Source: Gnetum montanum (lineage: Eukaryota; Plantae; Gnetophyta). Taken from it: a DNA stretch of 62,701 bases. The stretch lies in contig MNCI01000741.1 of assembly GCA_015680685.1 (NCBI GenBank), positions 1 to 62,701 of the forward strand. The letters are read 5' to 3'. Under the pieces are notes generated by a model. It was not told the origin of the DNA. It searched no databases and was given only the letters and a program-made list of their open reading frames with translations. The position numbers and the translations under genes were made by a program. Positions 1-11,690 of this stretch are shown in pieces; positions within the stretch are counted from its first letter, which is position 1, and every line of letters begins with the position of its first letter.

Positions 1-144
1 AGGCAGAGCGAGAGAGGGGTCCTTCAGCAATTCATAGTTACGTCTATGACGCTTTAGGGCCTCCTCGGACACCTTCTTAGGTTGAATGTGTCCTGCCGCC
101 AACAGTTGTTTTAGCAGTTCGGAGTGTTTTACTGGGAGAGCCGC

Positions 145-1980
145 TTATTTTGAGCGGTCTTTACGCTCAAAATTCGGCTTTGGCTGGGGGGCCTGTTCAG
201 GGGCAGNNNNNNNNNNNNNNNNNNNNNNNNNNNNNNNNNNNNNNNNNNNNNNNNNNNNNNNNNNNNNNNNNNNNNNNNNNNNNNNNNNNNNNNNNNNNNN
301 NNNNNNNNNNNNNNNNNNNNNNNNNNNNNNNNNNNNNNNNNNNNNNNNNNNNNNNNNNNNNNNNNNNNNNNNNNNNNNNNNNNNNNNNNNNNNNNNNNNN
401 NNNNNNNNNNNNNNNNNNNNNNNNNNNNNNNNNNNNNNNNNNNNNNNNNNNNNNNNNNNNNNNNNNNNNNNNNNNNNNNNNNNNNNNNNNNNNNNNNNNN
501 NNNNNNNNNNNNNNNNNNNNNNNNNNNNNNNNNNNNNNNNNNNNNNNNNNNNNNNNNNNNNNNNNNNNNNNNNNNNNNNNNNNNNNNNNNNNNNNNNNNN
601 NNNNNNNNNNNNNNNNNNNNNNNNNNNNNNNNNNNNNNNNNNNNNNNNNNNNNNNNNNNNNNNNNNNNNNNNNNNNNNNNNNNNNNNNNNNNNNNNNNNN
701 NNNNNNNNNNNNNNNNNNNNNNNNNNNNNNNNNNNNNNNNNNNNNNNNNNNNNNNNNNNNNNNNNNNNNNNNNNNNNNNNNNNNNNNNNNNNNNNNNNNN
801 NNNNNNNNNNNNNNNNNNNNNNNNNNNNNGCTTGATCCAGACCTGTTGAGGGAGGCGTCTGTGCAGCAGGCATAGGAGCAGGAGGTTGGACTGGATGAAC
901 AGCTCCAGGGAACTGAAGCGCAGGAGGTGGTTGGTTACCTGCTGGTGGAGCAGGGGTCCGTGCAGGCTGGGAGACCTGCGAATGCCCCCACCCACCGATT
1001 TGTGATGTGGGGTTAACTATTGCCTGTTGCGGGTCATAATGATAAGTGTAGCGAGGAAGCACCTGTGAAAATTGCGCCGCTGGTGCTGGCGGGGGTTGTG
1101 CATTGTGAACTGTATTGGTTTGCTGTTGTGTTGCAGGATTGGCCCAGTGACTCGTCGCAGGGTACGGAATGAAGATTTGCGGGGGCACAGTTGCGGTAAG
1201 CAGCAGGGGCAGGAACACTCTGGGACGAGTTGATGGCATAGCGTGAGTTTGCACGTGAGGGATGAGGTGGGGGACAGTAGCCACCGGGCCGACCGTCGGC
1301 ATGCTAATTATGTGCTGCGACGGGATCACCTCTGCGTTATGCTGAAGCTGCATTTGCAACCCAGAAGGCTGTGCGCTTGCCCGTCGCGACCCAGACGGCT
1401 GCGCATTGGCCTGAGGGGGAACAGGGATGTGCGTCTGCGTGGTCATGGCTGAGTCCAGAGAAGCCGCTTCTCCGTTGAAAGGGAACAACGGATTCACGTA
1501 TGTATGAGGCGTCATGGTATGGAACGAATGTTCCGACATGGCCGCAAATTCATCCTCTGCCTCTGCTTCTTCCTCACGCTCGGGCTCTACCGTAGGCTGT
1601 GAGGCCTGGCCTCTAGTCATGATCAGCTGGGAGATGAGTTCGTTTTGGTGCTCGGTCAAGGGGATTATATCATAGGCCGTTGGTTTGAAATCGTAACCCC
1701 CTCGATGGAGCGCCTCAAAGTTTCGTTTTGCGTCAAGCTCGGCTCGGCTGAGGGCCAACCTCGCTTGGATCTTGACGCAAATGAAGTTGTAGTCTTCAGG
1801 GGTTATGACCGTGAAGATAGGATCTTTCCCCTGAAGCCTTAATGAACGGCGCAAGGGTCCCTGAGGACCGGTTGCACCAAGGGCTGGCCCTATGGTCACC
1901 GTCGGATTCAAGGGCGCGACACCCGGACCGACAGTGATCATGGCGGTTGTGGCTGTTGTGTTTGAATAGTAGGAATCCAT
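145..1980 (-). CDS. gag: Gag polyprotein, N-terminal part (P/Q-rich), spans an assembly gap; the stop at 145-147 is probably premature
   Basis: Downstream of LTR+PBS. N-terminus DYNFICVKIQARLAL..DIIPLTEHQ matches the decayed gag starts of B and C. Past the TAA the frame continues (AALPVKHSELLKQLL..LKRHRRNYELLKDPSL), matching B gag (LPIKPSKLLKQFL..IKHHQRYCKVLRNPSL). Confidence 0.8.
   Translation of the reverse strand: MDSYYSNTTATTAMITVGPGVAPLNPTVTIGPALGATGPQGPLRRSLRLQGKDPIFTVITPEDYNFICVKIQARLALSRAELDAKRNFEALHRGGYDFKPTAYDIIPLTEHQNELISQLIMTRGQASQPTVEPEREEEAEAEDEFAAMSEHSFHTMTPHTYVNPLFPFNGEAASLDSAMTTQTHIPVPPQANAQPSGSRRASAQPSGLQMQLQHNAEVIPSQHIISMPTVGPVATVPHLIPHVQTHAMPSTRPRVFLPLLLTATVPPQIFIPYPATSHWANPATQQQTNTVHNAQPPPAPAAQFSQVLPRYTYHYDPQQAIVNPTSQIGGWGHSQVSQPARTPAPPAGNQPPPALQFPGAVHPVQPPAPMPAAQTPPSTGLDQXXXXXXXXXXXXXXXXXXXXXXXXXXXXXXXXXXXXXXXXXXXXXXXXXXXXXXXXXXXXXXXXXXXXXXXXXXXXXXXXXXXXXXXXXXXXXXXXXXXXXXXXXXXXXXXXXXXXXXXXXXXXXXXXXXXXXXXXXXXXXXXXXXXXXXXXXXXXXXXXXXXXXXXXXXXXXXXXXXXXXXXXXXXXXXXXXXXXXXXXXXXXXXXXXAPEQAPQPKPNFERKDRSK
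207..829. other. Assembly gap (N run)
   Basis: Run of N. Confidence 1.
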
Positions 1981-2182
1981 GGATCAACGATGAAAAAGTG
2001 ACTGAAAGGTTGACAAACAACACAAAAGGCTTTCTACCGTACCGGATTTCAAAGAAATCATCTTTGCGACCGATCTACACCACACGATTGACCTTAGACC
2101 TCCCTGGAGGTATTACGTCTACGGCCTAGGGTATAGATCTCTAAACAGGGTTACCCGAAATATTCGGATCGGAGCCTGAAGG

Positions 2183-2199
2183 CCCTCCTTCTAGCACCA
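2183..2199 (-). promoter_or_regulatory. Primer-binding site of A1 (tRNA-Asn type)
   Basis: Minus strand TGGTGCTAGAAGGAGGG, near-complementary to the 3' end of plant cytosolic tRNA-Asn (CCCUCCUUCUAGCGCCA), 6 nt from the LTR end. Confidence 0.85.
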
Positions 2200-2205
2200 G
2201 AAAAC

Positions 2206-3825
2206 TGTAACGACGGAAAATGTCGGCAGCTGGAAATACCGATTGAAATTCCGTGTACACAACTTTAACCATGGATCCGCGTGAGGGCTAAGCTGGAAAA
2301 ACGAATCCGCGGTGCCCTGAACGGTCTTGTCGATCAGACAGGGACTTATGGGTCGGTAAAAGCGGTGATGATTACGGATTTTTGTGTGACGTGATTTGTT
2401 GCGAGAGATCGTAAAACGGGGTGACAACGACGTAGATAAATCGCTACAAAGATAACGTTAAAACACCAGAAAGATGCTAGTCGGGAGAGAAAAAAACAAG
2501 TGGATTTTGCAAAGATCAAAGATCTATGTTTCAAATGCTGGATCGGATGTATGCTTCCGTGTATATTACGTTACAATGGGAGAAAACTCCCAACAACTGG
2601 ATACAAAATGAGCACAAAACAACAAGAAAACTGTCTGGACAGAAATCTGATCTACCTTGTAGGACCGAAGCTTAGGTGCATGAATGGTCAAGCTCTAAAG
2701 TCCGTCGATCTTTTACACGACAGAACTTGCTAACTGGGCGAGACGACTCTGCAATTCCCACTCTGCTTCTTTGCTTTGGGTAGATCTACTGTTAGGACTC
2801 AGGCGTGCTGCGTTCTGTTTCTGCTAAAGGATAATGTTTGTAGCGATTACCAAGAGGTTGCTCTTGTTTCTCCGTTCAAGGCGATAAGTATTCCCTTGTT
2901 CAGAAAATGCTCTTGTCCTCTTGATCTGCTGCCAACAAAAGCGATCAAAATGCTCTGGTGCTCTGGTTCGTTTTCTTGTCAAGTGGCCAATTCTCTCCCC
3001 AAAAATTCCACTTTCTTCCCTCCTCTCGTATATTTGTCAGCCGGAGTATTTATAGGCCGCGACACGCGCAACCCTGATGATGTGGGCCCGAATGTCGCAG
3101 ATCCTTTTGACGTGATTCTTTTAAGTCAGACTGCGACTACGCACAACACACTCTTTTGCGTGCTGTGCGTGTAATTGCGTGCTGTGCGTGTAAAGATCAG
3201 GCTCATGATAGGTGTGTCTCGGCTGCGTTTGCGCTCATTCGCTTTGTGTTGCGTGTGTAAGCGCACTGACGTAAAGACAATGCGTTCAAGATCGTTTTTA
3301 CGCTCACCACGCAGCTGTGCGTGGCAAAGCGTAAATGTAACGTACGCTCACTACGCAACCATGCGTGGTGAAGCGTAAACAAAGTACAACTTACGTTCAT
3401 CACATAACTGCACGTGATAAAGCGTAAATAATGCATAACTTACGCTTATCACGCAGCGGAGCGTGGTGGAGCGTAAGGAGCGTGCAACTTGAATCATGAC
3501 CCACGCACTGGTACACACCGCCGCGTAACGAGCGTAAAGGCCACTTATGTATGTGCCGCAAGAAAAAGTGCCAACCCGTCGTGCCTTTCTGGATTTTGCC
3601 TTCAACTGTTTTGGAGCTTATTACGCTCATCACGCTGTCGTGCGTAATGGAGCGTAAACTTGTCCTTAGACAAAATTCGCCTTTAACTGTCTCTGAACTT
3701 ATTACGCTCATCACGCTGCCGTGCGTGATAGAGCGTAAACTTGCCCTTAGACAAATTCGAGGCACGTTCTCGCTCAAATTACGAATCTTCGCCTGAGGCC
3801 GATCCGTAATTTTCATGGTGTTTCA
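2206..3825 (-). repeat. 5' LTR of A1 (~1.62 kb)
   Basis: Minus strand TGAAACACC...GTTACA termini; TATAAATAC near 3047-3055; highly similar to 59567-61025; internal 82-bp duplication at 3599-3760. Confidence 0.92.
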
Positions 3826-5570
3826 CAAGGTTCCTTGGTTGTTCATAGTACCTATCATGTTTTTGGTGGACAATCTCTAATATGTATTTTTGTTTTATTT
3901 TCCTGGATTTAAGGAGTTGTTTAAATAGTTCAGAGGGTTCCATCAATAGCAGTGTAAACTTTGAGAAATTCTTGCACTCAAAGTTGGGGTGATGTAGGTA
4001 AGTTGCGGCCTTGGGTTACTTAGCTTTTAGGCCCCAGTTGGTCACTTTTGTGCTTGTGGCCACTATTTCCAATGTTGCATTTTTCTTGTGTGCATGTTGG
4101 TTTCTGTAGGCCACATTGGTTGGGTCATTGCTAACTTGCACTGCCTCCTCTATGCCATTTATTTGGGCAAAGGCTTGGCTGAGGGACTTTGGGCCTAGGT
4201 AATACAATTTAGACTTGATGAATTCATTCATTGCACCCTTGTAGATGGCCAGTAAGTGCATCTCTACTAGGGGTTCAAGCATTTCACTCAATGCGATGCT
4301 CCAATGCTGGAGGAATTTTGGCATGGGCTTTAGGGGCCCTTGCTTAACTTGCATGAGTTGGTCAAGGGTTTCCTTAGGCTTTAGGTTGTACCTTAAACAT
4401 GTCACAAACCAGCTTATGAGATCCTCCAAAGAAGAGATTGAGGCCTTGTGTAGCACATGATACCAGTCTAAGACCTTGCTAGTGAGTGACATGGGGAACA
4501 CATGCATGATGGTGTGTGGCTAGGATTGAAGGAGTAGGCACTTGGATCAAAATGTGACTAAGTGTGAATTAGGATCCCCTTTACCATTTTACTTGGTGAG
4601 TTAAGGTAGCTGGACCCTAATTTAGAGAGTTAAGGGTGGGACTATAGGACTTATGGGATCATCCCAGTAGAAGTTCACCACCTTGATGCTTGTGGAGGAG
4701 GCAACTTTAAGTTGGTTGATCTCCTCCATGAAAATTTGGATTAGCTAGAATGCTTATCCAATCTTGGGGATGTGCTAGCTAGTTGCATTGGCTAGGCTTG
4801 TGTTGGTTAAATAACATAGGGTCAAATTATTGGTTGCAGAGTTTTCCAGTTTAACATCATAGTGTATGGTTGTTGCTAGTTTAACATCATAGAAGACAGT
4901 CATTGCCAATTTAATGTCATAGTGAATAGGTTTAGTTGATGTATTAGTTGAGGGATTGACATAGTGATCGAGGTGGGCCACACACAAGTGGTTTGGATAG
5001 ACACCATGGACACTGATGAGACAGGTGGGATGTAGGATGCTTGAGTTGTCTGGGGCTAGGAGGTGGCCCCTGCATGAGCATAGGGTTGGGAAAATGCAGC
5101 ATTCACTTGCAAGGAAGGTTGAATTAGCATGGTTACCATATTAGAGAGGATAGGTGGATCAAACCAAAGAGGGGCCATACTAGGAAGTGGTTGTTAGAAA
5201 ATGGTGTAGAAGGGGCTCTCGCATTTGGAGCGGGCCTTGAACTCATCTTCTTCCTCCTGTGAAGCTTCCTCATACGTTGTTCCTACATCATGCTTGTTTA
5301 CAGGGATGAGTTAGGATAATAGTTGATGATTGGACTCCGTGAGTGGGATTATGTCAAAAAAGGTAGGCTTGTACTCTCATCCATCTCAATGGACTCATTC
5401 ATAATCTTGTTTTGCCTCTAGGTCAAGGTGATCCACCAGTAATCTTGCTTGGATTTTGGCACAAACAAAATTGTATCTTTCTTGGCTTAGCGCAACATGC
5501 TTTGGGTGGATTGTTGTCTCAAATGTATGAGACATTGACACAAAAGGTTGATCTAGATTCATATTCATAG
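3826..5570 (-). pseudogene. gag: Decayed gag of element A2 (Retrotrans_gag domain)
   Basis: ORF 4016-4507 VFPMSLTSKVLDWYHVL..SISSLEDL..F..LMQVKQG; upstream FTK*NGKGDPNSHLV motif; many stops. Confidence 0.85.
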
Positions 5571-6085
5571 ATCAGGTTGTGAGAGTTGCTATTTGCAGAA
5601 AATGGCTAATACTAAAAACTGTAGAAAAATTACTAAGTCTGCTAATAGCAAAAAAAATGGCTAAGTATGGAAACTGCAAAACATTGACTAAGTGTACTGT
5701 AGAAAATTTGGTTAAGTATGAAACAACAAAAATTTGGCAAAGTATGAAAATGCAAAAAAGAAAAATGCTAAGTGTGAAAGTTATTGAAAATGGCTAACTC
5801 TAGTGTTATGCTCACTATGCTTTGAGAACTTATTACACTTTCTAGAACACCCATATTTTTGAACATAATGGGTACACTTGGGCTTTTGTCCTACGGGGTT
5901 CCAAGGGAACGAACAATTGGGACCAATCTATACAAAATGAATTACAGACAACTCCTGCACTTGCCTATGATCTAGCTATTGTCATGGCAAGTCTATAGGG
6001 GTGTTACATCTATGTTAGCTTGAAACTAGTACTAGAAGTGTAAAAAATATGTAGGACTACCCTTGAACACAAAAGGAAAGGAATG

Positions 6086-6102
6086 CCCTCCTTCTAGCAT
6101 CA
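6086..6102 (-). promoter_or_regulatory. PBS of A2 (tRNA-Asn type)
   Basis: + strand ccctccttctagcatca, followed 6 nt later by the LTR end tgtaacgatcg. Confidence 0.8.
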
Positions 6103-6108
6103 AAAAAC

Positions 6109-7520
6109 TGTAACGATCGAAAATGTTAGTAGTTGAAATCATTGAGGGATCAACAAATGCATAGCCTTAACCTCACCTCTATGCAAGGGCCTTACTGTAA
6201 ATAGAGGTGGAGCACCCTAGATGGTCATGTCAATCAAATAGGAACTTTGCTAGTTGCAACCAAGGTAGTGGGTGCGACTAAGGGGTGGCATGGTTAGCCA
6301 AAAATGCAAATGTAAACAATGTGAAATGGTGCTAAGTGTTAAAAAAATGTGAAATGGTGCTAAGTGTTAAAGCAATGCTTCAAGGTGCTAAGTGTAGAGC
6401 ATAACCATAGAATGGGGGCAAGTGTAGCCAAAGGTTTTGATTGAAACAAGGGTGTTAACTAGTGAAGACTACCACTTGAGTGTAGTATAGCATGATGACA
6501 TGTGAAAAAGTGTAAAAAGATGCAAGAAAAATGCAAGAGAATGCTAGAAATAAGAAAGAGAAATGGAACATTGCTCCAAATGGGGATGTAGTTAACTCCA
6601 AAAGGATCTTAGAAGGTACACAGTGTACAATAGGCATAGTTGGAGTGCAATCATAGTCTCGGTGGTGTTGGGTCATGAAGTTTGGTGCTTGTCGTGATGA
6701 ACCGTGCCTACCAGGTTGGCCACTATGGTGTATCATGGGCTGTAGGGATGCCATGGGATCACTATGTACCATGTGGTGCAAGGCTATCATGGTTCCACCA
6801 TATTGTGTGGTGAAAGGATTCCATGGAACTACAATGTACCATGTGGTGTAGGTTTGCAATGGGGTTGTGATCTACCATGCGATGCAGGGATGGATCTTTG
6901 CTAATGTGGTGTGCTTTGGGTCTCATTCACCCATGGAGCTAAATGCTAAGATGTCAAAATTCTAAATGCCAAATAAAAGTGCCAACTGCCAACTGGTGAG
7001 AAATGGAAGGCCCCCACCTAAAACATTGGGGTGCAAGGGTATTTATAGGATTAGGGTTAACCCAAAATGCGGATCAGATGCCACATGGTAGTGTGGTAGG
7101 TGGGACTACAAGAAAAATTTAGAAAATTTTCTAAGTTCGAAGGTGACTAGAAAAAGTTCAAAAAAATTTCTAACTTTGGTTGCTACACTCATCCCATATT
7201 ATGTGTGGGACATAGGAAACTCCCCGAGGATAGGGCGCAGCATGAACACCTAGAAGAATCCAGTAAAAATTATAGTCCTTGTTCTTGCTACGTTAGCTAC
7301 ACTCTAGAGCGTAGTAAGAGGGGTAACCTTAGGAGCATAGTGAGAATGATAACCTATGAGATAGAAAATTTGCTAAACTATTTTGTTCATCCCAAGAAAC
7401 CCTAAAAACTTCTAACTCAACACTTGGGCAAACTGGACATAGAAATATGTGCTATGCTGGCTATGTTGGGGAGTGTAGTAGGTAGAATGAAAGCATAGCA
7501 AGACACTTAGAAAAATTTGC
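6109..7520 (-). repeat. 5' LTR of A2 (right boundary approximate)
   Basis: Begins tgtaacgatcgaaaatg like the other family LTR ends; gggtatttatagg TATA region at ~7037-7049. Confidence 0.7.
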
Positions 7521-7901
7521 ATGCAACTACTATTGACATCCTCTTGGTTGTCTACACACTGAGTGGTATAGACTAGTCACCTCGACGGTTCCTCTAGAAC
7601 CCTACAAGACAAAAGCCTTGAAGTGGCCACTACGCTACATTTGCACATCTACCTCGTCACGCTTTCTACGTTCAATACAACGTAGCGACCCTATTTACAT
7701 AGTGGTTGACTAAACCATCTACAGTGTTATGTTGCCTACTACATAGCACCATCCACTATCATGCTACCCAATGTGATACACTAGCCATTGCACTATGCTA
7801 CTTATGTCTTGTGTGGCGTAACAACTGTGTTAGTTTCCAATGGTTCCTAGCATAGCTTGTTTCAACCTCATTTTTTATGCTTTCCCTTAACAAACCGAAA
7901 A

Positions 7902-10900
7902 ATGAATCCCACTACCACAACAACTTTCACCTCAAACTTAGAGGTTCCGTACTCTATCCAACATGTGATAGGTTCCGAGTGCCCGCCCAGCCTTGTGCTG
8001 GTACAACGATAGTCCCTTAGCTTGCGGTAGCTATCACCCGAGCATTTGGCATAAGATGCAGGGCGATACAATTTCCTCTGTGCAAAAGTCTAGGTGAATC
8101 TACCCTTGGATCTACAAGAACTCAAGGATAAAAGTAACTTCAAGTTCCTTCACCGAAATGGAAGGGAGTTCATCCCTACCCTTGATGTCATCATACTACT
8201 AACTGAAACATATCAGTGGGCGTTGAACCAACTGATGCAAGTGACCAAGTCGAGAGAACAGGACATAGTGTCCCATTACAATGAAGTGTTTCAAGATGGG
8301 TAGAAGGAGCTGGACTCCCACTCTGATGGTGGTGGCTAGATCTACACAATAAATATCCCTCCCACTGCTATCCTTCGGTCAAACCTATCTTTTCTTCTAC
8401 CCCATTCATTGGCGGCACGACTCTGCCATAGCCCATGCCTTCTTCAATAATGGGTAGCCATCCCATGACCTCAACCTATCAACATGTAGGTCCTTCAACT
8501 TCTTTTCTAGTTACTCTCCCTACCCAGTCTCTCCTAGTAGTGTACCCAACATTAATGACATCTATGCTGCCGTATGTGCATACTACTTCTACATCGCAAC
8601 CTCATGTGGGTTCTACACCTGTCCCACCACCACTAACAGGTCCTACCTCAACCGCATGGTAAATGGAAACCCTTGCTTTTCCCACTACTCAACTATCCCA
8701 CATGCCACATTACACCGAACACCAAGTGTACCTAGTCCTGCAAGTGGTGCAACCAAACACAGGACTATGGGCCATCCCATTGATCGGGCAAATAGGAAAC
8801 CCCATGGTGCCACTGATAGTTGCTATCCCAACAGCACCATCCATTAGGTGGTGAACCTCCTAGATAGCACAAATTGCTGGAGCCACCCCAACAGAACCCC
8901 CCATGGGATAGGTTGTTCCCCTATCATCCATGATGGCTGCTCATGTAGCCCCGCAACTGTTTACGACATCCCCTAGGCTGGATCAAGCATTTCAACTCAT
9001 CCAGATCCTCACTGAGGAAATCAAACACTTAAGGTCACCAATTCTGATACTATGCAAGTCATGTACTTTTACCATGATGACCCTATCATCCTAGTGGTTT
9101 GCATGCTTACGTTACCCCCCAAGGTGCCACTTCCCTAGTTTACAAAATACAACGGGGAGGGCGATCCCAATGAGCATTTGGTGACCTTTAGGTCCAAATC
9201 CCTTTTGTTGCAACCATGGCCACACATCATCATCTGTGTCTTTGCCATGTCCCTAATAGTCAAAGCTTTGGATTGGTACTATGCACTCCCGTGTGATTCC
9301 ATCTCCATCCTAGAAGAGCTACTAAGTCAATTTGTGACCCACTTCAAGTACAACTTGAAACTGGAGGTCATATTGAACTAGCTCATGAGTGTTAAGTAGG
9401 ACCTGTTGGAATCTATGTAGAGATTCATACAGTGGTGGAGCATCACCTTAAATGAGATACATTAGTTGATTGCTAAGGCTCACTTGTTGGCCATCTTTAA
9501 GGGAGCAGTAAACAACTTCATCAAGTTTAAGCTCTACTACCTAGCCCCGCGGTCCCTCAGCCAAGTGTTTGCACAAACCAAGAGCATTTAGGACATGGCC
9601 AAAGCTAGTAAAGACCCTACCTATGTGACATACAAAAACACACATATCAAGAAGGAAAAATAGAAGCGCAAGGCTGCAGCAACCACAGTGGCCGCTATGG
9701 TGAACAAGACCAATCCCAACACAACAACACAAAGGATGCCACAACACTCAATGCTCTCACTAATGCAACATCTAGCTCAAGTAGCACTGGATAGTCCTCA
9801 ACATCAACACCAATAGTGCCAACCTAGCCAAGGACCAACATTGAGTGCAAGGATCACTCCAAGTATACCCCCCCTACCCATTAAGCCTTCAAAACTCTTG
9901 AAGCAATTTTTGGAAACTAGGTGTATACAACATAAGATGATGTGGGAGGAGGCAATTAAACATCATCAGAGGTACTGCAAAGTTCTTAGGAATCCCTCCT
10001 TGGCTACATTAAATGAGCTAATAGTTCCAAAGAATTTTAGACTAGAACAGTTCTGTGACTATCACCAACTATGTGGTCACAATAAAGACTACTATTTGAC
10101 AGTGAAAGACGATATTCAATGCATGATTGATCTAGACAAACTGGTCCTGGATGAAAGTAGTCTCATTCAACTTGAAAACCAATCAATGCATGTTTACATA
10201 GACCCACTAAATGCCAACAACAGAGGGTATACCATCAACACTATTGGCATCAACAACAACCCTGAACCATCACAGCAATCATTTTTGGGCACATACCCCC
10301 CCCCCCCCCCNNNNNNNNNNNNNNNNNNNNNNNNNNNNNNNNNNNNNNNNNNNNNNNNNNNNNNNNNNNNNNNNNNNNNNNNNNNNNNNNNNNNNNNNNN
10401 NNNNNNNNNNNNNNNNNNNNNNNNNNNNNNNNNNNNNNNNNNNNNNNNNNNNNNNNNNNNNNNNNNNNNNNNNNNNNNNNNNNNNNNNNNNNNNNNNNNN
10501 NNNNNNNNNNNNNNNNNNNNNNNNNNNNNNNNNNNNNNNNNNNNNNNNNNNNNNNNNAATGTAGAAATGCCAATAGTCGCCAAGACACAATCCCCTTTCA
10601 TCATTAGGGCTCCTCGCTAGACATCCACCCCCACACACTTTATGCTAAAAGTTTCACTACCACCTACACAAACATAACAGACATGATTTGTCATCAAGGT
10701 GCCAAAGCATTCAAGCCCCTCTGTCATCCAAAGACAAGCAACGAAAACTACATCTTAGCCTACTCATCCAAATAAATGCAAGGAACGTCTAGCAGATAAG
10801 ATGACTAGGGAATGCACTACACTAGGTCACCCTAAGCCTACCCCTTTGTCTTCAGTCCCTATGGCACCTCCATCATCAGCCACTAGCAGTAGCATGCACA

Positions 10901-11280
10901 CACAACTGACACCCGTTGATCTAAAAAAGCTAGTTGACTAGCCCAAATCCACTCCCCCTAAGGAGATTCTTCTTTTGGGATGCATGGAGGAGGAGAAGGC
11001 TAGAAAATAGCATGATGGCAGGCAAGATTTTCTCAATGCCCTATCATAGGTCAAACAAGCCCTAAAGCAAAAACACACAAATTTGAGCCTGTATGACTTG
11101 GTAATGACCTCCACCACACATTGTGAGGCCATGGTTTTCATGTTAGAATCAATTCCTATCGATGAAAACATGCCAGCAGAGGACAAAGAAATCCATGCTA
11201 TCATGCTTCCCTCCATGGTCAAAGAACTATAGCCTGCCTAGTTGACGTTTCATGATAAGTCCATTAAGGATGATCCTAAA
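7902..11280 (+). pseudogene. gag: Decayed gag of element B
   Basis: YNFLCAKV..LDLQELK N-terminus; FTKYNGEGDPNEHLV; FAMSLIVKALDWYYALP; knuckle FCDYHQLCGHNKDY. Confidence 0.85.
10311..10557. other. Assembly gap
   Basis: Run of N. Confidence 1.
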
Positions 11281-11289
11281 AAGGGTCAG

Positions 11290-11690
11290 GTAACAATTGC
11301 ATCCATGTTCATCACGATTCAGGTTGGCTGGTACAATATTCGAAGGGTACACGTCAATGATGGGGCTGCTACTAATGTCATCCCTTTTCCCATAGTGGAC
11401 AAACTGGGCTTTGTCGATTAAATCAAGCCCACCTCAACTTTGTGTCTAAAATCGTTCAATGAGGCACATGTGGTCGTAAAGGGATTGTCAACATCAACTT
11501 CATAGTAGGGGACCATTTCCTTATGAGTGTAGTATTCATTATGGTGGAGGAGATGCCTGGGTTCAACCTGATTTTGGGGAGATCATGGTTGGACCAACTG
11601 AGGGTTGTCTCCTCACCAATACATCAAAAAATCCACTTACCCTATGTGAGCAAGCAGGTGGTAATTCATGGTGACAAAGTGGCTCCCTAG
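11290..11690 (+). pseudogene. Aspartic protease remnant of element B
   Basis: MFITIQVGWYNIRRVHVNDGAATNVIP (degenerate LVDxGS) and FNLILGRSWLDQLRVVSSPIHQKIHLP, typical of Tat/Ogre protease. Confidence 0.85.

Larger units (their letters stand above)
1..3825 (-). mobile_element. Element A1: young Tat/Ogre-type Ty3/Gypsy LTR retrotransposon, 5' part (5' LTR, PBS, gag), continues off the left edge
   Basis: LTR 2206-3825, PBS at 2183-2199, long gag ORF; CpG-rich (little methylation decay); interrupts the gag of A2 at 3825/3826. Confidence 0.9.

Noticed and set aside
145-147. In-frame TAA in A1 gag as a programmed readthrough site
   Set aside because: It lies mid-gag and the homologous position in B is open; most simply a point mutation or sequencing error.
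86-995. ORFs spanning N runs (also 10194-10638 and 16765-17119)
   Set aside because: Artefacts of gaps, apart from the gag frames.
2191-3816. Short ORFs shared between the A1 and H LTRs (e.g. MKITDRPQAKIRNLSE, MKHRSLIFA)
   Set aside because: Shared only because the LTRs are similar; lengths and frames differ and there are no recognisable motifs.
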